Source: a virus. Taken from it: a stretch of DNA of 64,000 nucleotides. The position numbers and the translations under genes were made by a program. Position 1 is the first letter of the stretch. The number at the start of each line of letters is the position of its first letter. The DNA lies in IMG/VR virus record IMGVR_UViG_3300045806_000119, positions 6,864 to 70,863 of that record. One strand, 5' to 3'. The notes beneath the pieces are model-generated. The model made no database searches, had not been told where the DNA came from, and saw nothing but the letters and a program-made list of their open reading frames with translations. Shown piece after piece: positions 57,711-64,000 of this stretch.

Positions 57711-57928
57711 TTTGGGGGTCCCTTTGCCAGGTCATTGCGCACTGCCAGCAGAGCCGGCTGTGCTGAGTGATGAGGTAAATCCTTCTAGTCGGGTGATTCG
57801 AGCACCGCATTGCGTCCAGCATGTCGGTCACCTGCCCGTAACCTTCCAGTGCTCCGAGCAGGGGCGACGTGTCCAGCAGCTGCGGCAACTGCTCTAGCAG
57901 CTTGACGGACGCGAAGTTCATTTCATGC

Positions 57929-58660
57929 TTACCCGGTTGACGCACTTTGACCTCCGAACCGTGGATCGCTGTCCCATCCAACGAACCTCCTACTTTCCGC
58001 TACTGCGGCCCGGCCTACACTTCCGCTGCCGGCGAACGGGTCGATTACAAGATCGTCCGGTTTCGAGTACGACCGCACGCACCATCGCATGAGGTCCTCT
58101 GGTTTCTGCTGCGGATGTCTGCGGCGTGGATCACGAGTGCCAAGCGAGGCGAACGAAAGCACCGACCACGGGAATCGATCGGTGGCACCGGCACGGCTTC
58201 GTCCTGCGCCAGCACCCCCGCTCTCGTTGTAGTTCTCCCCGCTCGACCCGCGCCCCGCATTGGAGTGTACGGGCCCCAATCCCTGTCGCATCTGAGGCGT
58301 GTAAGTGCCCGTCTCTCGACAGAAAACCAGAATGAACTCGTGAGCCCTCAGAGGCCGATGACGGGCGTTCAAGAACCCACCCGCGATGCTCTTGTGCCAG
58401 ATCAGGTCATATCGATAGTGGGCCGGCTCAGAGGCAATAATCTGAGCAGCAAAGCGGATATTGGACGCCATAAGCACCGCAACTCCGTCATCGCGAAGAG
58501 CCGACCACGCCACTGCCCAGAATTGCCGAAGATTAGGAACCTTGTCGAACGGCGCACGCGTTTCTCCAGACGGGAGGTCAGACAAGATGAGGCCGACACT
58601 GCCAGGCTCGCACAAGGCTAGCCCGTCAATTCCGTCGCCAGCAAACACGAGATCACTCAT
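57929..58660 (-). CDS. N6-adenine/N4-cytosine DNA methyltransferase (beta class), atypical catalytic motif
   Basis: ILSDLPSG, YDLIWHK, HEFILVF, HPQQKP, VIDPFAGSGS. Confidence 0.85.
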   Translation of the reverse strand: MSDLVFAGDGIDGLALCEPGSVGLILSDLPSGETRAPFDKVPNLRQFWAVAWSALRDDGVAVLMASNIRFAAQIIASEPAHYRYDLIWHKSIAGGFLNARHRPLRAHEFILVFCRETGTYTPQMRQGLGPVHSNAGRGSSGENYNESGGAGAGRSRAGATDRFPWSVLSFASLGTRDPRRRHPQQKPEDLMRWCVRSYSKPDDLVIDPFAGSGSVGRAAVAESRRFVGWDSDPRFGGQSASTG

Positions 58661-58685
58661 GGTGCGTCAACCGGATAAGCATGGT

Positions 58686-59078
58686 TCATTTCCTGCTGAG
58701 CGCCAACGCCATCGCCCACACCGCGGAAGTGAACAGGAGGTCCTTTACCTGCTGCGCCTCGGGCAGCTCCGCATAGGGGACGAAGCACGGGTGCTCTTTC
58801 TTCTCGGGGTCCTTCACCGGGCCGTACTTCCATCCCGTCTCACGCTTCTCTGCGAGCCAGCTCTCATGGCTCTCTTCCGGCGTGGCCCCATTGATGGCTC
58901 CCAAGACACCGTTGCAGGCTGACGTTTTCTGCCACTCCGGCGCCTCCTCCCAAGACGGCTGTGACGTGTCACCAATGGTGAGGCAGTAGGCCCGGTTCAC
59001 CTCGTGTGCAGCTCGCGCGCAGGCTTCGATTACTTTCGTGTCAATCTGGTTCATGGTCATGCTCCTTTCAGTCCACAC
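58686..59078 (-). CDS. Stand-alone RyR-domain protein
   Basis: HESWLAEK..GWKYGPVKD..KKEHPCFVPYAELP..Q.KD. Confidence 0.85.
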   Translation of the reverse strand: MWTERSMTMNQIDTKVIEACARAAHEVNRAYCLTIGDTSQPSWEEAPEWQKTSACNGVLGAINGATPEESHESWLAEKRETGWKYGPVKDPEKKEHPCFVPYAELPEAQQVKDLLFTSAVWAMALALSRK

Positions 59079-59367
59079 CCTTGATGAGTGACAGGCTCGG
59101 CTGCGGGGGCATCAGAATCAGCTTGCCCTCCTTCTCCTGCACCTTCCCGAGCGCCTCGACGCCGAGCAGCTTGGCGAAGAAGTCGTAGACCACCGCCTTC
59201 GGCGCCCCTGTCTGTGCGAAGTAGCGGAGGCTCAGCTGCATGAGCGCAACGGCCACCATCGCGGTCATGTTCGCTTCCTGTTCCACCGGCGGCCCGTACT
59301 TTTTCCGCAACGCGCGGAGCACCCCGTCGTTGCACGTCTCGAACACCTGCTGCGGCTTCACGCTCAT
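59068..59367 (-). CDS. Hypothetical protein
   Basis: Start MSVKP after GAGGA. Confidence 0.5.
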   Translation of the reverse strand: MSVKPQQVFETCNDGVLRALRKKYGPPVEQEANMTAMVAVALMQLSLRYFAQTGAPKAVVYDFFAKLLGVEALGKVQEKEGKLILMPPQPSLSLIKGVD

Positions 59368-59514
59368 TTGGTTCCTCGCTTGTGGTAAACTTCGATAGTA
59401 ACTTTTACCGATGGCCAGGCGCTCTCCGCCTTCGTCTTCCACTCGTCCGCCACCTCCGACGGCACGACGTTGTGCCAACGCCTGTATCCCCACTCGTACT
59501 GGAGAACGACGAAC

Positions 59515-59940
59515 TCAGGAGTCCTTGTCGTCGTCCATGCTTTCGCCCCCAGCCTCGGCGTTCTGAACCTGCTCCGCATATTCCGCTCCAATTACTCTCG
59601 CGAGTTGAACGATTGTGGGCACCGAACGCTGGTCGGAGACACAGGCAGGCAGCGCCGCCATCGACGCCTCGTGTCGCATCTTCGACAACCTGTCTTTGAC
59701 CTGATCGCGCTCGGCCGCCTGCAGCCTCCTCTTCAGCCCTTCGATCTCCGTGTCCCGCACATCGAGCGTGTGGAAGGCCCCTTCCATGGCTTGGACCACT
59801 TCGATGACCATGCGAGCGCCGATGTCTCCGCTGTTCGCTCGCGCCGCGAGACCCTCCATCGCCTCTTGCATGCCCGCGAGCGCCTGGTCGGGGGGAATAC
59901 CGTCAATCGCGCTAACGAGCCCTTCGAGGTACTTGTTCAT
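59515..59940 (-). CDS. Hypothetical coiled-coil protein
   Basis: ATGA coupling. Confidence 0.55.
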   Translation of the reverse strand: MNKYLEGLVSAIDGIPPDQALAGMQEAMEGLAARANSGDIGARMVIEVVQAMEGAFHTLDVRDTEIEGLKRRLQAAERDQVKDRLSKMRHEASMAALPACVSDQRSVPTIVQLARVIGAEYAEQVQNAEAGGESMDDDKDS

Positions 59941-60446
59941 CGCGACCCCCCCGTCTGGGTGTCCTTCTTCCAGTCACGCTTCGAGACGCCCTCCCACGTC
60001 TCCTCTGCCACAGCGACGAGGTCCCACCCGTACGCGTCCGCGACGAAGGAGCAGTAGCGCAAGACGTTTACCAGCGCCTGCCGCAGGTCTACCTCCGACA
60101 CGCTCCGAATGCCCTGCTCCAGCTTGAGCGCGCAGTGGGCGAGGCGCCCCGTGATGCGGCCGATCGCCGACTCCTGCGTGGTGCCGAGCATCGCCGACTT
60201 CTGGATGCCCCCGATGTCCATCCCCCGCTGGTTGCACAGGTCGAGCATGAAGATCACCGTGTCGCCGAGCGCGTCCTTCACCTTCTCCCGGTCGAACGCC
60301 TCCCGAGCCTCGTCCAGCTCGCCCAGCTCTTCGATGATCCCGAGCACCGGCATGAACCACTTGCGGTTCGGGAAGTTATGGTCCGCCCAGGGCTTGTGGA
60401 CCTTCTGCAGGTGAACGTACCGGCTTTCTGCTGATTGAATAATCAT
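59937..60446 (-). CDS. MazG-like nucleotide pyrophosphohydrolase
   Basis: IEELGELDEA...DALGD; degenerate second repeat; KRDW. Confidence 0.75.
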   Translation of the reverse strand: MIIQSAESRYVHLQKVHKPWADHNFPNRKWFMPVLGIIEELGELDEAREAFDREKVKDALGDTVIFMLDLCNQRGMDIGGIQKSAMLGTTQESAIGRITGRLAHCALKLEQGIRSVSEVDLRQALVNVLRYCSFVADAYGWDLVAVAEETWEGVSKRDWKKDTQTGGSR

Positions 60447-61045
60447 TTTTCCGCCTCCTTGAGTGCTTCCTGAACGGGTTTGTACGACCTGCGGTGATGT
60501 AGGGAGGCACCGTACTTCAGCAGAAGTCTCTTGTGCTCCGGGGTCGGGTACCCCTTGTTCGACGCGAGCTTGTAGAGGTCGGGCTCCATCAACCTCCGCA
60601 TGATGCTGTCTCGGTGCGCCTTGCCGATGATGCTCGCCGCCATAACGGCGGGAACGATCCCGTCTGCTTTGACCATAGCCTCCGTGGGCCACTTTGACGG
60701 CACAGCCGTTGTCCCGTCCGTGATGACTCTTGCTTGCGCAAACGGGGTCTTGTGCGCAGCGAGCGAAGCTTGCTCCTCTACTGACGAGTGCGCGAACCTG
60801 AGGGCTTCCGCCGGGCCAAGCCTGTCAATGGTTTCCGGTTGCACCACTGCAGCCCAGTACCGCACGCAAGAGTTGGTCCGCAGCTTCCAAGACAGCTCCC
60901 CGGCCCGCTTCTCGCTCAGCTCTTTAGAGTCCCGCAGAACGACAGGCGGTACCCAGTCTTCCGGCACGAGTACGGCGCACGCGACGAGCGGCCCGGCGAT
61001 GCAGCCCCATCCCGTTTCGTCAATTCCAATGATGTATCTAACCAC
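60443..61045 (-). CDS. rnhB: Ribonuclease HII
   Basis: IGIDETGWGCIAGPLV, DSK.L, ITDG, KADG, AASIIGK..RD, NKGYPT.EH, HRRSY. Confidence 0.9.
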   Translation of the reverse strand: MVRYIIGIDETGWGCIAGPLVACAVLVPEDWVPPVVLRDSKELSEKRAGELSWKLRTNSCVRYWAAVVQPETIDRLGPAEALRFAHSSVEEQASLAAHKTPFAQARVITDGTTAVPSKWPTEAMVKADGIVPAVMAASIIGKAHRDSIMRRLMEPDLYKLASNKGYPTPEHKRLLLKYGASLHHRRSYKPVQEALKEAEK

Positions 61046-61232
61046 TGTCTTCCTTTCGGCGCACCTCTGCAGAGCGTCCTGCAGCGGCTCGCGCCTCTTC
61101 CGTTGTGAACCGATGCGCGGTCCCCGCAGCCTGTACGGCCTTGCCACCCTTGCTAGCGGCTTCGCGTCGCTTCTCCGGCGACATACCAGCGAATCCGCGC
61201 TTCTTCGCGGGAGGCTTTTTCGTGCTCGCCAT
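61038..61232 (-). CDS. KGG-repeat stress-induced protein
   Basis: RGFAGMSPEKRREAASKGGK...AHRFTTEEAR.AGR. Confidence 0.85.
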   Translation of the reverse strand: MASTKKPPAKKRGFAGMSPEKRREAASKGGKAVQAAGTAHRFTTEEARAAAGRSAEVRRKEDSG

Positions 61233-61262
61233 TCTAGTGCTCTTTTCGAATTATTGCAATCC

Positions 61263-61937
61263 TCACGGAGCGTTGATGAGCGCCGCGAACTGCTCCGACG
61301 TGCCGTTGAACACGTCGCGGTCCGTCTTGCCGCACCCCTTCGGGTACACCTCCGACCCCGTCTGCTGCCAGAAGGTCCAGTCGCTCCACGGTTCGAGGAT
61401 GACCGGCGCGCTACCCGCAATGAACAGCGGGAAGTCCTTGAAGTAGCCGCAGTCGCCGGCCACCAGCATCGACTTCCAGAACCACGGTTCCGTGTAGATG
61501 ACGGGGGTGCGGCCCCACAGCAGCTTGATCCGCTCCAGCGCCGAGATGCACTTGTCTCGGATGAGCGGAGCCGTGTCTTTCCACTTGCTCCAGTCCGTGG
61601 GCGGGGGCCACTCGATGTCGATCATGAAGGGAAGCTCACCCGGCTTTGCTCCCAGGCCCTGCGTCATCTTGAACGCCGCGTTCACCTGGTCTTCCGGGCT
61701 CCGCCCCGGGTGGTTCGGGTCGTCGGCGAGCGGGTAGAAGAAGATGTACGCACCCGGGACCAGGTCCTCGGCCTGCGTCCCCGCTACAAACTCGTCGTAA
61801 TCCGGGTCCGGCTTGTCGTTGCCGATCGTTGCCTCGGTCCACACGAAGTCGAAACCCTGGTTCTTGACCCAGCCGAAGTCGATACCCTTCTGCGCCGCCG
61901 AGATGTCGATACCCTGCGTAATTCCGTTGATGCTCAT
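61263..61937 (-). CDS. GH25 muramidase (endolysin)
   Basis: GIDISAAQ, GAYIF, IDIE, PVIYT, WTFWQ, DRDVFNG. Confidence 0.9.
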   Translation of the reverse strand: MSINGITQGIDISAAQKGIDFGWVKNQGFDFVWTEATIGNDKPDPDYDEFVAGTQAEDLVPGAYIFFYPLADDPNHPGRSPEDQVNAAFKMTQGLGAKPGELPFMIDIEWPPPTDWSKWKDTAPLIRDKCISALERIKLLWGRTPVIYTEPWFWKSMLVAGDCGYFKDFPLFIAGSAPVILEPWSDWTFWQQTGSEVYPKGCGKTDRDVFNGTSEQFAALINAP

Positions 61938-62512
61938 GAAATGCTCCCTGTTCCCGTACCCGTCAGCGTCTTCGCAACGGTCGGGTGTGTCGTTGCGGTA
62001 CCCGCAGCCTGCGACGTCTGGAGCCCGTCTCCGGCCGTCGTTGCGGGGACGGTCACCGTGTCCGCCGTCGTCACCACAGCGTTCCCTGTCAGGTACGGGA
62101 TGAGGCTCGACAGAGCCGTAGCCTGCCTCGCGTACTCCTGAAGCGCGTTCGTAATGCTGATTAGCGCTACCCAGCGCCACTGTTGCGCTGCCGTCAGCAG
62201 CGCCCAGGCGGCATCGGCGAGCGGGTACGGCCACTGCGCGTGCTTCAGTTGCGCCTGCGATGCCGTTGGTGCGGGCGGAGACAGAAACCCGTTAGCCGTT
62301 TGCCATGCCAGGGGAGACTGCGTCGTCGCCACGTACGTCGAGGGTACGGTAGTGGGGTCCGGCAGGTACCCTTGGTACGCGCTGCAGAGGCCGGCCATGA
62401 TGGCCCCCGCTGCCCCCGACCCCGTGAACAGGGTCGAGAGCACTCCCGTGTATCCCGTCACGACGGCGGGAGTCAGAGAAACTACGCTAACAGAACCTGC
62501 TGCCAGCGTCAC
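61934..62512 (-). CDS. Hypothetical Ala/Thr-rich protein
   Basis: Coupled to both neighbours by 4-nt overlaps. Confidence 0.55.
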   Translation of the reverse strand: MTLAAGSVSVVSLTPAVVTGYTGVLSTLFTGSGAAGAIMAGLCSAYQGYLPDPTTVPSTYVATTQSPLAWQTANGFLSPPAPTASQAQLKHAQWPYPLADAAWALLTAAQQWRWVALISITNALQEYARQATALSSLIPYLTGNAVVTTADTVTVPATTAGDGLQTSQAAGTATTHPTVAKTLTGTGTGSIS

Positions 62513-62781
62513 AGCTCGTCCGCCCGCTCGCGAGTCAGCCCACCCATGCTCCCGAGCCCGGCCACGGTTGCCGTCGCCACGCTCTCACCCGGGAAGTCCT
62601 TCAGCGTCTCCCCTCCGTCGATCTTGTACTCGCAGCCCTGGGTGGCGCATCGAAACGCCACACGACTCGGGTCATCGCTCCCCGGCAGCACGTCCTTGAG
62701 CGGCAAGAGGACTACCGTCCCCCCGCATTCCGAGCACACACGCGTCTGCTTCACCAGCTGATACTTGAGCTTCGGTTCCAT
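62509..62781 (-). CDS. Zinc-ribbon protein
   Basis: CSEC...CATQGC; GGAGG RBS. Confidence 0.6.
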   Translation of the reverse strand: MEPKLKYQLVKQTRVCSECGGTVVLLPLKDVLPGSDDPSRVAFRCATQGCEYKIDGGETLKDFPGESVATATVAGLGSMGGLTRERADEL

Positions 62782-62844
62782 TAGTTCGACCTCCGACGTT
62801 TAGCTCTGCCATAGCGTGGCTGAGCATGTCAACTCACAAGGCAC

Positions 62845-62893
62845 AAAAAAGCCCGCCCCCGCCTAGCTGGGAGAGAGACTAGGCGAGGGCGGG
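62845..62893 (-). terminator. Rho-independent terminator
   Basis: GC-rich stem (CCCGCCC/CGCCTAG arms) followed by TTTTTT on the minus strand. Confidence 0.65.
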
Positions 62894-63098
62894 GGGTCCA
62901 TTATCGTCTTTTTTCAATACTTCTCTGGCTCCTCCTGGGGGTAGCTCAGGTCATCTTCTGACTCAGGGCAGACTAACTGGCTGTCCTCCTGGCGGGCGGA
63001 GTGCGTGAGGCTTCCGCAGATTAGGCACCAGTGCTGGGTCCGCGAGAGCGCGAGAGCGCGAGAGCCCCCCCTTTCGGGGGGGCTCTTCTCCGTTCCCT

Positions 63099-63326
63099 TC
63101 ACGGCACGGCCGTTGCGTGAGTGCATCGCGCATCGTAGCAAAGCCGGGCGGCTCGACGCCCGTCCGGTGCGCCTCCGGTCACGTCCGCTAGTAGCGCGTC
63201 ACACGAGACGCCCGCCGCACATTCGCCAGCGTCGCCAGCGTCGCCAGCGTCGCCAGCGTCGACGCTCCCCCCGCATGCCGCGAAGGCTAGTAGCACGATT
63301 GTTGCTCGCATGTCCGCTCCTCTCAC
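63099..63326 (-). CDS. Small lipoprotein with DAG repeats
   Basis: MRATIVLLAFAACGG lipobox; DAGDAGDAG from a 9-bp tandem repeat. Confidence 0.55.
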   Translation of the reverse strand: MRGADMRATIVLLAFAACGGSVDAGDAGDAGDAGECAAGVSCDALLADVTGGAPDGRRAARLCYDARCTHATAVP

Positions 63327-63330
63327 GCCA

Positions 63331-63362
63331 AAAGGCTCCGATCCACGTGGATCGGAGCCTTT
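63331..63362. terminator. Perfect 32-bp palindrome, probable terminator
   Basis: AAAGGCTCCGATCCACGTGGATCGGAGCCTTT. Confidence 0.65.
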
Positions 63363-63378
63363 CGCGTGCTAGCGGTTC

Positions 63379-64000
63379 TCAGTCAATCCAGAGTGCCGCA
63401 AGCTCTTCCTCAGTGATGTACGAGGGAACGCCGCGGTACGTCCCGTCGGCTCGCCTTCCGGCGTAGACGGCAATGCATCCGAGCGCTCTCCAGCTTGCCC
63501 CATCCAGCCCCCCCTTGTGTGTGGGGGCGTCGTCGCACGGGATGGCCAACAGAACGTTGGCGACGTAGGTGCCCGGGACGAGCTTGTCATTCTTGTCGTG
63601 AGAGAACGTCCGGAGTTTCAGCGCGGCGCCGTGATAGGGGAGGCGCCAGTCGTCCGCATCAACGGTGTTGGCATAGGCGAGGATTGTCGCCTCGCTCAGC
63701 ACATCGGTCGGCTGCAGCTTGGCGAGCAACACGCCAAGCTTGGCGATCTCCGCTCGTTGCGCATCGATCGTCGCGGACAGTGCCGCGACGTCGACGGACG
63801 GTGCGGCCGGTGCAGCCGCAACGGTGCTGCCAGCCGGTCGGCCCGGCCGCTGGGGAGCGGACGGTGCGGCCGGTGCAGCCGCAACGGTGCTGCCAGCCGG
63901 TCGGCCCGGCCGCTGGGGAGCGGACGGTGCGGCCGGTGCAGCCGCAACGGTGCTGCCAGCCGGTCGGCCCGGCCGCTGGGGAGCGGACGGTGCGGCCGGT
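63379..64000 (-). CDS. Hypothetical protein with 21-aa Pro/Ala repeats, 5' end outside window
   Basis: The frame of ORF 63379-63732 stays open to the window edge through the tandem repeat. Confidence 0.55.
   Translation of the reverse strand, partial: PAAPSAPQRPGRPAGSTVAAAPAAPSAPQRPGRPAGSTVAAAPAAPSAPQRPGRPAGSTVAAAPAAPSVDVAALSATIDAQRAEIAKLGVLLAKLQPTDVLSEATILAYANTVDADDWRLPYHGAALKLRTFSHDKNDKLVPGTYVANVLLAIPCDDAPTHKGGLDGASWRALGCIAVYAGRRADGTYRGVPSYITEEELAALWID
63795..64000. repeat. 63-bp perfect tandem repeat (at least 3.2 copies)
   Basis: Units start at 63795, 63858, 63921 and 63984. Confidence 0.95.

Noticed and set aside
57418-57981. ORF with Cys/His motif overlapping 57408-57710 by about 290 nt
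   Set aside because: The 5' half may be a real gene, but its boundaries cannot be fixed from sequence alone.
59364-59591. Small ORF filling the gap before 59367, possibly frameshift-linked to 59515-59940
   Set aside because: No well-placed start codon and no slippery site; could be a sequencing indel.
62790-62835. TTGACA upstream of the zinc-ribbon gene
   Set aside because: Plausible location after a terminator, but no convincing -10 at 16-18 bp.
123-63466. Many long plus-strand ORFs (e.g. 35801-38887, 43474-44925, 60600-62141)
   Set aside because: Antisense shadows of GC-rich minus-strand genes; no recognisable motifs or RBS coupling.
63795-64000. CRISPR array
   Set aside because: Units are identical end to end with no unique spacers, and no cas genes are present.
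1-64000. tRNA/rRNA genes, integrase, terminase small subunit, alternative genetic code
   Set aside because: None recognisable by eye; genes read through normally with all three stop codons in use.

Overview
This window is a GC-rich tailed-phage (myovirus-type) genome segment, with essentially all real genes on the minus strand. Read in transcription order (right to left), it has: (1) an accessory block with a GH25 endolysin, KGG stress protein, RNase HII, MazG-like protein, RyR-domain protein and N6/N4 DNA methyltransferase; (2) a QueC / DUF5591(ArcS-like) / second QueC cluster, two duplicated Arg/Gly-rich mini-proteins, a Prp-family (DUF464) cysteine protease and the large terminase; (3) a head module (portal with a large insertion, scaffold, N4-gp56-like capsid); (4) a contractile tail and baseplate module with a -1 frameshift chaperone; (5) fibre, membrane and lipoprotein genes with a papain-like protease; (6) a replication module (SF2 helicase, DUF932, DnaB-like helicase, primase, Zn-rich SSB, and a family A polymerase with a LAGLIDADG intein, truncated at the left edge). 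The most striking pattern is that eight protein genes plus one mini-ORF start with a shared L27-like leader, F-L-x-x-F/Y, matching the substrate type of the phage's own Prp protease. Cleavage of the two mini-proteins beside the second QueC would expose an N-terminal Gly, the acceptor used by QueC-family protein deazaguanylases. All family calls come from motifs read by eye and gene order; no database search was run.
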